Program-made: the position numbers and the translations under genes | From: Eledone cirrhosa | Taxonomy: Eukaryota | DNA: 64,000 bases | Assembly: GCA_964016885.1 (NCBI GenBank) | Contig: OZ024740.1 | Span: 294,004,001-294,068,000 of the forward strand | Direction of reading: 5' to 3' | Notes under the pieces: model-generated | What the model saw: only the letters and a program-made list of their open reading frames with translations | Databases searched by the model: none | Told to the model about the DNA's origin: nothing | Part shown: piece by piece, positions 1 through 12,481 of the stretch | Layout: every line of letters begins with the position of its first letter | Position numbering within the stretch: the stretch's first letter is position 1

Positions 1-990
1 CCAGATGGTTCTATAGAAATAGTGGACACTTTCCGTTACCTGGGTGACAAAATCAGCAGTGGTGGAGGGTGCTCCGAAAGTACAGTAGCTTGAGTCCGAA
101 CGGGATGGAAAAAGTTCAGAGAGCTTATACCACTATTGGCCGCTAAAGGTTTCTCTCTAAAAATAAAAGGCAGGCTGTATGATGCCTGCATACGAACAGC
201 GATGTTACATGGCAGTGAGACATGGGCCTTGTGTGCAGAGGATATACACAGACTGGAGAGGAACGAAGCTTGCATGCTCCGTTGGATGTGTAATAGTAAT
301 ATACGTGAACGGCAAAGCATAAATGAACTAAGTGAGAAATTAGGAATAAGAGGGATCAGACGCTGTTTACTCGAGAGAAGACTATGTTGGTATGGTCACG
401 TGATGCGCATGAAAGATGACAGCTGTATAAAAAAGTGCGGGCGATCAAAATAGACGGTAGCTACGGAGTAGGCAGACCCAGAAAAACTTGGGACGACTTG
501 ATAAAATCCGACCTCACACACTTACACCTCTCCAAGACAATGTCACTGGACCAAGATCTTTGGCGCTACACAGTAATACAGAAGACCCGCCTTGCCTAAG
601 TACAAAGCAAAACCTACAGTCAGTAGGCACCTCTTAACCAAAATACACCCCCATCCCTCTACCCCCACCGCCATCTACACCACCCCTTTCGATTGTAAAG
701 CTATGTTGGTACCACAACATCCAGTCCTAAATAAATGAGGTCGTGTAGATGTCACAACAAAAAAACACACAGTCCACGCTGTAATGTGTCCGTGTAGGTA
801 ACACGGTAAAAACCTCCCAGTCCACACTGTAAACGTGGTTGGTGTTAGGAAGGGCATCCAGCCATAGAAAACCCGCCAGACAGTCCTGAGCAAGACAACC
901 AATCTTGCCCCAAGTGGGACAATTCCCGTCCAGACCCATGCTAGCATGGAGGATGGACGTTAAACAATGATGATGATGATGATGATGATA
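1..990 (+). mobile_element. RTE-clade LINE 3' portion (post-RT ORF remnant, 3' UTR, (GAT)n tail)
   Basis: Reads ..FRYLGD..VA*VRTGWKKFREL..LHGSETW..LCWYGHVMRM..GRPRKTW with an in-frame stop and a frameshift; 3' UTR with CCACACTGTAAA units; ends in gatgatgat at about 968-988. Confidence 0.9.
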
Positions 991-1159
991 AAATTATATT
1001 AAAATAAAGTATCTCCTTAGAGTCGTATCAACAAAAATGCTCTATAAAGCCATCCACAGAAATATTACTGTTAGAACAAAACATTTTTAAATGGCTAATT
1101 TCATATATTTAAATGTTTAAATTATTTAATATTTCTACCTTTTAGTTTTCCAGATTTTT

Positions 1160-1572
1160 GTAAAGTAGTTGTGTAGATGTCACCACAAAAAACACCCAGT
1201 CCACACTGTAAAGTGGTCATGTAGGTGCCACAATAAAAAGCACCCAGTATACACTGTAAATGAAGTTGTGTAGGTGTCACAACAAAAAACACACAGCCCA
1301 CACTGTAAAGTGGTTATGAAAGAGTCACAACAAAAAGCACCCAGTCCACACTGTAAAGTGGTCATGTCGGTGTCATGACAAAAAAACCCAGCCCACACTA
1401 TAAATGTGGTTGGCGTTAGAAAGGGCATCCAGCCATAGAAACCAACCCCAAATCGGTTCTGTATGAGCAAGACATGGTCATATGACTTCAGTTTGCCTCA
1501 AATAGGACAACCCATCTAACCCATGCTAGCATGGAAAATAAACATTAAATGATGATGATGATTATGATGATT
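1160..1572 (+). mobile_element. RTE/SINE 3'-tail module with about 6 tandem CCACACTGTAAAGTGGT units
   Basis: Roughly 45-bp repeated units, GGTTGGCGTTAGAAAGGGCATCCAGC box, CCCATGCTAGCATGG end, (GAT)n tail. Confidence 0.75.
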
Positions 1573-1630
1573 TATTGAAATATTTTAACAATTGATTAAA
1601 CAAATATGTTTGCTTTCTCATGTATTGAAA

Positions 1631-1822
1631 CCCATTCGGCCAGAACTCTCTCACTTCTTTCTGTTCAAACTGGCTTAACTGGCCACTTATACTGATGTTA
1701 AGGTATTGTTCTCATAATAAATATCAAAATCTCATAGATGCAATATTATGAGATAATTATGTGAGATAAAGTGTTTACTGTGAAAATACAATAGTATATA
1801 GAGTAATGTGAATGCTAAAGGG
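1631..1822. mobile_element. TTAA (piggyBac-type) MITE, family A, left end degraded
   Basis: Right end AATGCTAAAGGG|TTAA; body matches copies at 4383, 6829, 21524, 38342, 51291. Confidence 0.7.
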
Positions 1823-2329
1823 TTAAGCACTATAACACAAAAGTAAATGTAATGAGAGACAAGAGGCTACAGTGTTTGGCATTCAAGCAGACAATGTACA
1901 TTTTGAGGACTCTTCAGTTTGGCCTAGCATGTGACAACCTCTCTAGTGCTGGAGCCATGCTAAAACATACTTAGTAAACCCTGTAAAGTATTAGTGTTGG
2001 TCTCACAATAAAATGTACCCAGTTCACACTGTAAAGGGGTAGTGCTAGGGTCACAAAAAACACAGCCTGTAAACCTTGTAAGATGATTAGTGCCAAATAT
2101 GGAATGTAGTGAGTAGGATTGGTTACTTTGATCAGTGTGGCAAGCCATTGTAAAATGATGATTATGTGTGTGTTTGTGTGTATGTATATGTCTGCGTGTG
2201 TGAATATGAATTAGAACTATAAATTATCATAAAAAATATAAATAAGAGACAAACAACATGTTTTCTATTATAAGAACATTTGTTCCTATCTATTGATCGG
2301 GTGTTGTCTGCTGTTTCTAGTATGTCAAG

Positions 2330-2550
2330 GGCGGTGGATTGGCAGTATCGGTAGAGGGTCGGATGCTATGCTCTGAGCATAGAGTTACGGTCATTTATGA
2401 TCTGAGTTCAAATCCCGCAGAGGTTAACTTTGCCTTGCATCCTTACGGGGGTCGATAAAATAAAGTACCAGTCATGCACTGGGGTCAATTTAATCGACTT
2501 TCCCCTCCCCGAAATTTGCTGGCCTTGTGCCTATATAAGAAACCATTATT
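2330..2550 (+). mobile_element. tRNA-headed SINE with Meta-like central domain
   Basis: GGCGGTGGATTGGCAG head, GAGTTCAAATCCC B-box, CATCCTTACGGGGGTCGATAAAATAAAGTACCAG core; related copies at 8045, 27460, 31868, 39520, 48843. Confidence 0.75.
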
Positions 2551-3071
2551 TAGTATGTCAGTAACAATGTCTGTCTGTGTGTCTTTTCTCTTCTTTCATA
2601 GCACTCTATGTTCTGGTGCCATTCTTTTTTCATTTCTTTTTGGCTATCAATCCTACTCCATCTCCCCAGGTTCAGATTTGTTTCCTCCGTCTTCTCATCC
2701 TCCCTCTTGGAGTTGGCATGGAGGGTTCTGACAACACACACACACATTCCACAAGTTATCAGGAAGAATCCACAAAACCTCAACATAGATGTCAAAGAAG
2801 ACAAGACCTAAGCCATCAAAAATGTCTCTACATGGTACCTCACTTGCTAGAAATAGCAACCAATTATCCATCAAGCCCACACAACTATCTAACAAAGACA
2901 GCATTGATCAAACACTAGAAAACATGCTGTGTATATTAATCCTTTTGTTACCATATTTCTAATGAAATACATTGTGTGTATGTTTCAATTATTTTGAAAA
3001 TAATGGACAATTTCTTAAAGTATTTAGTAAAATAGCTTTTTCATTAATAAGCTTATGTTTGGAATATTGCA

Positions 3072-3236
3072 TACACCTGATGTACCCCTTCCATACACAT
3101 GCACACATGTGTATATCATGACTCATGCACTGTTCATTTTCCTGACGTTTGTACATTACCCTAAGTACTATACATACACTTTTGATGAGTTGTAGTGCAC
3201 CTGAGCACTGTACCCAATATTTTCATTATTTCATTA
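3072..3236 (+). mobile_element. CR1-like LINE 3' UTR fragment
   Basis: Matches 43935-44090 (..TTTGATGAGTTGTAGTGCACCTGAGC..TTTCATTATT). Confidence 0.75.
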
Positions 3237-3299
3237 TATCAAACTTTTCTTCCATAAAATTATGGTTGAAAGTTTTAATGTATGAACACTTTGACAAAG

Positions 3300-3760
3300 G
3301 TAGTTTTAAATCAAAGAATAAGTGACAGTTTTAAATCATAGAAGGGTGGATTTTAAATCATAGAATAAGGGCAGTTTTAAATCATAGAATAAGTGGCAGT
3401 TTTAAATCATAGAAGGGGCAGTTTTAAAACATAGAATAAGGGCAGTTTTAAATCAGAACAAGAACAGTTTTAAATCATAGAGGAAGTGGCAGTTTTAAAT
3501 CAGAACAAGGGTAGTTTTAAATCATAGAAGAAGGGCAGTTTTAAATCATAGAAGGGCAGTTTTAAATCATAGAAGAAGGGCAGTTTTAAATAATAGAAGA
3601 AAGATAGTTTTAAATCATATAATAAGGGTAGTTTTAAATCAGAACAAGGGCAGTTTTAAATCATAGAAGGGCAGTTGTAAATCATATAAGGACAGTTAAA
3701 TCAGAATAAGGGTGGTTTTAAATCATAGAAGAAGGGTAGTTTTAAATCAGAACAAGGATC
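3300..3760. repeat. Minisatellite, about 21-25 bp unit GGGCAGTTTTAAATCATAGAA
   Basis: About 20 degenerate tandem copies visible. Confidence 0.9.
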
Positions 3761-4331
3761 AGTTTCAGGTGGGTTAGTATAAAAAGGGTTGGTGAAAATC
3801 TTAAATATTGAAATCTACAAAATCTATAAATGGAAACAAAATGTTAAGAATTGTGTTTAAAAGCCATTAGGGAGACTACTAATTCCATTAAGAAACTTAT
3901 TATTGTAGTTGTGTAGTCCTAGGTCAGCCCTGATTGAGTAGACCAGTGGTACATAGGCTGTCACTCAACTTACTAGATGAACTCAATAGATTTGTAACTC
4001 TGGATTGGCCATACCAATAGAATTAATTTTGAGGGAAGTTTAGCTGTTATTTTTTAGCAAATTCAACAACTATATGTAGACATCCTTTTAGGCTCCAGTA
4101 GAAAGACTTTGATACCAGAGGTGAAATATCTAAAGTGAAATTCCCCACCCCGTCATCAACATTAGAAGTGAAATGTCAGTTTATATGCTAGAGAAAGTGT
4201 TTCATTAGAGACAGTTACAATCCTAAAATTGTTAATGAAACATTAGGGACTGCTACAATCCTATAATCTAATTTTCATATAGCTTATTTGTTTCTATTTA
4301 TAATTTGGGTCACTTTTAACATTTAATTTTC

Positions 4332-4755
4332 CTTATTTTCATTAAACTGACATTTTTGTTGTTTCTACCTTATTTTCATTAACCCTTTAGCATTTAAACC
4401 AGCCATATCTGGCCAGAATTCTCTGACCTCTTTCTGTTCAAACCGGCTGTAACCAGCCACTCATATTGATGTTAAGGTATTGTTCTCAAAATCTCGTAGA
4501 TTCGATATGTGAGATAATTATGTAAGATTAAGCCTTTACCACAAAAATACAATAGTATGTATAATGTAAATGCTATAAGGTTAAACTGACATTTTTGTTG
4601 TGTTTCTACCTTATTTTCATTAAACTGACATTTTTGTTGTTTCTACTTTATTTTCATTAAACTGACATTTTTGTTGTGTTTCTACCTTATTTTCATTAAA
4701 CTGACATTTTTGTTGTGTTATTTTCATTAAACTGACATTTTTGTTGTGTTTCTAC
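4332..4755. repeat. Minisatellite, about 37-39 bp unit (TTATTTTCATTAAACTGACATTTTTGTTGTGTTTCTACC), interrupted by a MITE
   Basis: Units on both sides of 4383-4580. Confidence 0.85.
4383..4580. mobile_element. TTAA (piggyBac-type) MITE, family A
   Basis: TTAA(4379-4382)|CCCTTTAGCATTTA...TAAATGCTATAAGG|TTAA(4581-4584); neighbouring empty repeat units have a single TTAA. Confidence 0.9.
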
Positions 4756-4796
4756 ACTGCCTAGTGTTTATCAATAGAACTATGTTTTATTAATTA

Positions 4797-5731
4797 CTAG
4801 CAGTAAAGCCCGGCGTTGCTCGGAGTCGCTCAGTAGCTGTGTTAAAGTTACAATGTTAAGTTTCTTTCTTGGCTTAAAAACTGTAGTGTCTACTGTGCAG
4901 ACTTGCATGTGGTGTTTTTGATTAATATTCCCTCAACCAACAATATGCCTTATGAAGTTAAGAAAACATAACGATAACCCGAATGTTATAACAAAAGAGG
5001 ATGCTGGGGATAGAAACTGCACTGGTTATTTATTAACAAAGATCGAAAATCTAAACACTGCAACGCAGAGAAAAACATTAGCGTAACCAAATTATCAGTT
5101 ATGTCTGTCTGCACGCCTATATCACCTCTCTGCACGACTGTCTGTCTGCACGCCTATATCACCTCTCTGCACGACTGTCTGTCTGCACGCCTATATCACC
5201 TCTCTGCACGACTGTCTGTCTGCACGCGTATATCACCTCTCTGCACGACTGTCTGTCTGCACGCCTAACGACGAAATATTTGCTTGTTTTACGTAGTCTT
5301 TAAATAGACTTGTTTTCAAGTAAAAATATTGTTTTAAAATGCTTTTAAATGGAAATGAAGCAAAACGGAAGCTTAGTGTTCGAACTGATGAATTTTGCAG
5401 GTCAATATTTTGCTGGCTCGACAACTGTTCGTGTGTATTGTGTTAATGTCATTTTAAACGCTGAGAAAGCCAGCGTAATTTTTTACGTAAGACGCTCAAT
5501 GTAAACAGAACAAAGGGAAATAACTGATAACTTACGCTCAAAAATCGATACATTATATTCGATTTCGTCACATAGGGTGGGTCAATTTGAAATTTTTTTT
5601 TTTCCGATGTCTTCGCTAGGGCTCAATGTACAAGTATAGCAATTTCGGTGCAATTCCGTGAGAGATTCTAAGAGGAGATGTGTGCCAAAAATCGATAGAC
5701 AGACAGACAACCACAGTTTTATATATATAGA
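4797..5731 (-). mobile_element. Non-autonomous Helitron (copy 1)
   Basis: Minus strand begins TCTATATATATAAAA, has (CTGT)n near the 5' end, subterminal hairpin CCGAGCAACGCCGGG and ends CTAG; internal 33-bp tandem at about 5103-5266. Confidence 0.8.
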
Positions 5732-5735
5732 TAGA

Positions 5736-6397
5736 CTAGCAGTAAAGCCCGGCGTTGCTCGGGGTCGCTCAGTAGCTGTGTTAAAGTTACAATGTTAAGT
5801 TTCTTTTTTGGCTTAAAGTCTGTCTGCACGACTGTCTGTCTGCACGCCTAACGAAATTTACAGATACATATATTTTAAATAAACTTATATAATTTTTGCT
5901 TTTTTTTTACGAAATATTTGCTTGTTTTACGTAGTCTTTAAATAGACTTGTTTTCAAGTAAAAATATTGTTTTAAAATGCTTTTAAATGGAAATGAAGCA
6001 AAACGGAAGCTTAGTGTTCGAACTGATGAATTTTGCAGGTCAAAATTTTGCTGGCTCGACAACTGTTCGTGTATTGTGTTAATGTCATTTTAAACGCTGA
6101 GAAAGCCAGCGTAATTTTTTTAATTTTTGCACGCAGAAAATGTAAACAGAACGTAAGACGCTCAATGTAAACAGAACAAAGGGAAATAACTCGTCACTTA
6201 CGCTCAAAAATCGATACATTAGATTCGATTTTGTCACATAGGGTGGGTCAATTTGAAATTTTTTTTTTTCCGATGTCTTCGCTAGGGCTCAATGTACAAG
6301 TATAGCAATTTCGGTGCAATTCCGTGAGAGATTCTAAGAGGAGATGTGTGCCAAAAACCGATAGACAGACAGACAACCACAGTTTTATATATATAGA
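5736..6397 (-). mobile_element. Non-autonomous Helitron (copy 2, head-to-tail with copy 1)
   Basis: Same 5' TC and 3' hairpin-CTAG termini; high identity to copy 1 with reciprocal indels. Confidence 0.8.
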
Positions 6398-6663
6398 TTG
6401 TACAATGATTGTTTCAGCTGTTTTAGAAAAGTTTTTGGTCTTGCTGATTAGATTATAATATTCCAGGTTAACCATCCCTCAAACATTTGGATTTTATAAT
6501 ATACAAAGGTGTATATATGGTAAAGTTAGGACTAACATACTTAATGTTATGAGCATCATAAAATACAACTAGAAATAATTATGTGATGAAGACATGACAA
6601 TATTAGTCAATAATTAATATTATTTTAATCATTTCAGCAAGTACCGGTGATACTTCTAAAAAT

Positions 6664-6689
6664 GTTTTGGTCCTATTAGACCTCATCAG
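6664..6689 (-). ncRNA. Degenerate hammerhead ribozyme core
   Basis: Minus strand CTGATGA-GGTC-TAATAG-GACC-AAAAC (GAAA changed to AAAA at a CpG), enclosed by 12-bp inverted repeat TTCAGCAAGTAC/GTACTTGCTGAA (6633-6719). Confidence 0.5.
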
Positions 6690-7028
6690 CAAAGCTTAGA
6701 CTATACTGTACTTGCTGAAGTGGCAATGAGAGTACATGAGCAAAGATTAAAAATTAATACAGTGAACCCTCATTAAACCAGATCTTGTTAAGTGAAATAT
6801 CAGATAAACTGGATGAAATCCGAGTTAACCCTTTAGCATTTAAACCGGTCATATCTGGATAGAATTCTCTCCCCACTTTCTGTTCAAACGTTATAACTGG
6901 CCCCTCATACCGACATTAAGGTATTTTTCTCAATATAAATAATATCAATATCTCATAGACTCGATATTATGTGAGATAATTATGTAAAATAATGCCTTTA
7001 CCACAAAAATACAATAGTAAATATAGAG

Positions 7029-7598
7029 CAGGGGTGTGCAATATATTCCATTGGCAGACCACTTTTGAACATGGGAACAACTTTAGGGCCATTAATATTT
7101 ATTAAGCAGTATTCCAAAGATTTACCACAACTTCTTTCCATAACATTGAACTGGGAAAATATAACACACATAACCCTATCAGTGAAGCCCTTTAGTATAA
7201 GTCAACTAACCCTATCAGTGAAGCCCTTTAGTATAAGTCAACTAACCTTATCAGTGAAGCCCTTTAGTATAAGTCAACTAACCCTATCAGTGAAGCCCTT
7301 TAGTATAAGTCAACTCACCCTATCAGTGAAGCCCTTTAGTATAAGTCAACTCACCCTATCAGTGAAGCCCTTTAGTATAAGTCAACTCACCCTATCAGTG
7401 AAGCCCTTTAGTATAAGTCAACTAACCCTATCAGTGAAGCCCTTTAGTATAAGACAACTAACAGAAAATTGTATTATAGTTACGAAAAAAATTCTTAATA
7501 AGCCTACAAGGTAAAAATTAAAAACGGTCATTGCGGGCCACTCTGACTGGTCTGGCAGGCCAGATTGTAGCCCATGGGCCGCCTGTTGCACGCCCCTG
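7029..7598. mobile_element. hAT (Charlie-like) MITE
   Basis: TIRs CAGGGGTGTGCAA / TTGCACGCCCCTG; perfect 8-bp TSD ATATAGAG (7021-7028, 7599-7606). Confidence 0.9.
7171..7460. repeat. 36-bp minisatellite, about 8 copies, inside the hAT MITE
   Basis: TAACCCTATCAGTGAAGCCCTTTAGTATAAGTCAAC repeated. Confidence 0.95.
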
Positions 7599-8044
7599 AT
7601 ATAGAGTAATGTAAATGCTAAAGAGTTAACAGAGTTATAGACTTCTGTGCCATCTTTGAGTATCAGTGTTGAAGGGGCATATATTCTGGATATGTTAGGT
7701 GAGCACTACACATGCACTGAAGATGGTGAATTTATCATAAATATACAGCACATCCAATAATATAATCATGAATCATAATGGGAAACTATTTTTTCTGTCC
7801 CCTGTTATGAAATATTGTGGCATTTGTTGTCAACTAGCATTTTGCACATCACAGCTTGTATCTTGTTATGTATGAAGCAGATGGTGTGATAATGGGAGAG
7901 ACCAAATTAAGATCTAAAGACGAGCAACATTTCAAAAGTATACATCCTGTTTAAGAAATCAACCATTTCTTTCTAGCACTCATATTTTCTGTTTACTATC
8001 TAACCCTTTAATTCCCCTGTTATTCTAAACAATATTGTATGGGT

Positions 8045-8235
8045 GGCAGTGGATTGGCTGTATTGAGTTAGATAAAATGCTATTGTGGTATCTGTTCTGG
8101 CTTACACTCTGAGTTCAAATCCCGCTGAGGTCAACTTCGCCTTTCATCCCTCCAGGGTCAATAAAATAAAGTACCAGTCAAGTACTGGGGTTAATTTAAT
8201 TAGTTTTATCCTTCCCCAAAAATTTGCTGGCCATG
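8045..8235 (+). mobile_element. tRNA/Meta-like SINE copy
   Basis: GAGTTCAAATCCC..GCCTTTCATCCCTCCAGGGTCAATAAAATAAAGTACCAG. Confidence 0.7.
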
Positions 8236-9957
8236 TTCATTATCATCATCACCGATTTTACATCCATTTTTCCATGCTTGCATGGATCAGACAGGTCATC
8301 TGTGTCGAGAGACAAATCTGGCCAGGATTGACCTTGCCGTTACCTTGTTCGGAAGGGACTGGAAATTTGGCTGGTGTTTTTACAGCTAGATGCCCTTCCT
8401 AATACCAACCACATTTTAGAAATCAATATTAGCTGCTTAGACAATCGGGATAAAATGAAGACCCTTCCACCCCTATTAATATGGCTTAACAACGGTTCAC
8501 TGTATATTGAAAAATGGAGTAAATATGTGTCTTTATCAATAAATAGACTAAAAACTATTTTCTATTTCTTCGTCAATATTTTTCTGAAATCTGTTTAATA
8601 TATAAAGACAAACATCACAGATAAATGACAACTGTAATATATAAAACATAGCACTGCATTTTTTTTCTCATATGTTGGTCATGTGATATGTCAACAATTC
8701 TTTCCATTTGGTTTCTTGGTAAACATTGGGTACTTGTTCACAGTATCTACTGTTTCTTGGTAACATCAATTATCTGGACTTTCTTCTTTTTTCCATCTCT
8801 CCTAATAGCAGTCTCTACCTCTTCTTTCTTTCTCCATCAATAATCTCTCACTTGCTCTCTCTTTAAATGTTTAATTGTTACCATTTTAATCTTTGAACCT
8901 TTCATCAAACCTTTCCTCTTTTACAGTTCCTGAAACACACTATACACACATACAAACACACACTACACATACACGCACACCACATACACTACACATACAC
9001 ACAACACACTCTCCACATTCATACTATACTACACATACACTACACTATATACACACATGATATTATATAATATAAATATCTTGAGTATGTTAAGTATATT
9101 TTACATTAGATATGATGTGAGAAGCCAGAGAATAAGACCCGTCCCACCCTTGCAAGCAGGGAAAAGCGGACGTATGATGATGATGATGATGATCTTTATT
9201 GTATGACATCACTGTTAATTTGATGAATAAAAAGAAATTAGAAATATCTTAAAAACTCAAATAATTGTAAACTATTTTATTGCAGGTAAATTTGAGTATG
9301 TTAAGTATATTTTACATTAGATATGATGTGAGAAGCCAGCGACCCCAGTCTGCCTGAGGGGCCTGTATTTCTGACTAAGTACTGACTTGGTTTGTAACAA
9401 CCCATTCAATCCTTGCTAGCAGGGAAAACGAACATTAAAGGATGACACACACAAACACTTGTACACACACACACACACACATACACACATACATACAAAC
9501 ATATATATATATATATATATTATAACATCCTTTTTACATTTGTTTCTACTTATATGTGAGAGAGAGAGAGAGAGAGAGGGAGAGATAGTGTGTGTGTTGT
9601 AAACAGTTTTAAAATTATATATTTCTGTGGATTAACTTAAATTTTGACTAATGATGTCTCCTTTGGGGATGCCGTCTATAGAAAAGGATGTGAAAAAACA
9701 ATTTCTAGCTCTTTCCAGATATTTATTCTCATAAATAAGATGAAAATAATGTTTAGAAAAATATTAATTTCTATTTAGATACAAATTAAAAATGAAAAAG
9801 TTAGTTTGGAAGAATTTTTTTTAAAAATTACATAGACTCGCCACTACCACAAAAAAAAGTGCAAATTTGAATCACCTTAATGTACTACTATGTTTAATTA
9901 TACAGTACATTCTACATTATGTACATAATCCATTTTGTGTATGTAAACATAACCATT

Positions 9958-10155
9958 GTTTTAGAATTGAAATAGAAACAGAAGTATTGCTGTAACATTG
10001 ACTACATACTATAGTCTAAAACTCACTGAATGGAAAAAGATGGGTATCACACACACCATTTTTTCCCGTTCAGTGGCTTTATATGCCCCCTTATTAGACT
10101 ATATTATGTAGTCAATGTTACGACGATACTTCTATTTCTATTTCAATTCTAAAAC
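9958..10155. repeat. Long imperfect inverted repeat (fold-back)
   Basis: About 60-bp outer arms GTTTTAGAATTGAAATAGAAA.. / ..TTTCTATTTCAATTCTAAAAC plus inner arms CACTGAATGGAAAAA / TTTTTCCCGTTCAGTG. Confidence 0.85.
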
Positions 10156-10449
10156 TCCGCTTGCTACGTTCGAAAAATATTTCCTATATTCATTGTTGCT
10201 GTGAAGATTGAAGATTATGCTTAACAACTGGACTATTGTGCTTCTGGATCTTCTTAAACCTTTTTATACTAAACCTAACCCTAAACTGCTTCTGGTTCTA
10301 TGAAATATAACTTCTCATTTCAAAGGGTTCCTACTTAAATTAAAATCTTCCAGCATAATAATTAAACAATTAATAATTTTAGTAAATCCCTTCACATTCT
10401 TCATTCATTCAAATATAGTAATGAAAGAGTTTTCCCCAGGCTCTCTCTC

Positions 10450-10487
<38 letters not shown>

Positions 10488-11449
10488 TGTGTGGAGCTGG
10501 TTATTTGCTAAACTTTCTGCATTATTCTTTTATGACAGAACACAATTATAAAGCAACATCTGTTTCTATAACTTTATCTCATCTTCATGTTATTCTTCTC
10601 TATCTCATGTTATCCTTCTCTATCTCATCTTCATGTAATCCCTCTCTATCTCATCTTCATGTTATCCCTCTCTATCTCATCATCATCTATCATTAATATA
10701 GAACAACTTTGGAATATTTTATGGCACATCTATGGTATCTTAAAATTGAACCATTATTTTCAGCCCAACTTTAGCAGTACTATGAAGTAAATTGTACAAA
10801 TAGTAGTATAGTATTATAGCTTATTTTATATTTAAAGCTATTTATTGTTTTCATTTTATAATTAATTCATTATTAATTAAGGAATTAAACTACTCATTAG
10901 AATAAGTAGAATCTTAAATTTAAGATATGTTTAAGACATAGATGCTATTATTTTAATTTCATGGCTAGAGTTAATTTGAATCTATTTAGAGTTAGAAAGT
11001 TAGAATTTTAATAAATATCATTTAAAAAATTTACAACACTTGTGTTATAAAATAGTCATTATCCATACATATAAAAAAAAATTAAATTAATAGAGATCAA
11101 TTAAAATAAATCTTAATATTATGAAAACACACAAGGTCTTGAAATGAAAGTAATAAATTAATTTTGAATAAAAACTAAATCCAAATTTGTCAGTGAAAGG
11201 CAATGTAATTTTTAAAATTTACCCGAATAGACCAAAGTATATAAACTATGGAAAAAACAACAAAACATGAAATCATTGATAGTCAACATCATTTCATATG
11301 TATAAGCAAACAGGCATAACTATGAAAACATCACAGATACATAAGAACGGTGAATATAGACAATTCATTCTTCATCAGTATACAAATATGCTCATAGTTT
11401 TGAAGATTAAATGTGTGCCCACCCATATGCACATACTACCACAAATTCA

Positions 11450-11543
11450 CACACACACATACATACATACACATACATGTTATAAATACATATATATATA
11501 TATACATACATACATACATACATACATATACATACATATATAT

Positions 11544-11576
<33 letters not shown>

Positions 11577-11595
11577 TATATACATATATATACAC

Positions 11596-11629
<34 letters not shown>

Positions 11630-11663
11630 ACACACATATATATACACACATATATATATATAC

Positions 11664-11694
<31 letters not shown>

Positions 11695-11705
11695 CATATA
11701 TATAC

Positions 11706-11740
<35 letters not shown>

Positions 11741-11839
11741 TATATATACACATACATATATACATATATATATATACATATATATACACATACATATATA
11801 CATATATATATATACATATATATACACATACATATATAC

Positions 11840-11870
<31 letters not shown>

Positions 11871-12133
11871 CATATATATACACATACATATATACATATA
11901 TATATATACATATATATACATACATACATATATATATACATACATATATATATACATACATATATATATATATACATATATATATACATACATATATATA
12001 TATATACATATATATATACATACATATATACATATATATACATATATATATACATACATATATACATATATATATACATACATATATACATATATATACA
12101 TATATATATACATACATATATACATATATATAC

Positions 12134-12214
<81 letters not shown>

Positions 12215-12219
12215 CATAC

Positions 12220-12310
<91 letters not shown>

Positions 12311-12345
12311 GTGCTATATATGTATATAGCACTATATATATTTGG
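11450..12345. repeat. About 0.9-kb compound (TA)n/(TACA)n microsatellite in the probable MARCH 3' UTR
   Basis: Directly visible; begins about 140 nt after the stop codon on the gene strand. Confidence 0.97.
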
Positions 12346-12481
12346 AATGTACATTGTTTTCAGTGATCACATTAAAAACCTTGGTCGGGACCAATTTTAA
12401 AGAACTGTAAGAAAAGGAAATTTTCAAAGATATACAATTTCACAAACCCATAAAAAAATTATGTACAATGAAAAGAAATTA

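Larger units (their letters stand above)
2940..3788. mobile_element. TTAA MITE family B, expanded by a nested CR1 tail and an internal minisatellite
   Basis: TTAA|TCCTTTTGTTACCATATTTCT ... AAAAGGG; short versions at 27145-27373 and 48549-48772. Confidence 0.6.
6829..7625. mobile_element. TTAA MITE family A carrying a nested hAT MITE
   Basis: TTAA|CCCTTTAGCATTTA ... AATGCTAAAGAG|TTAA. Confidence 0.85.

Noticed and set aside
10271-10285. CCTAACCCTAA telomere-like motif
   Set aside because: Only about 2 units; common in MITE remnants
11298-12366. Five long Y/I/H/M/C-rich ORFs
   Set aside because: Artefacts of the TA/CA microsatellite
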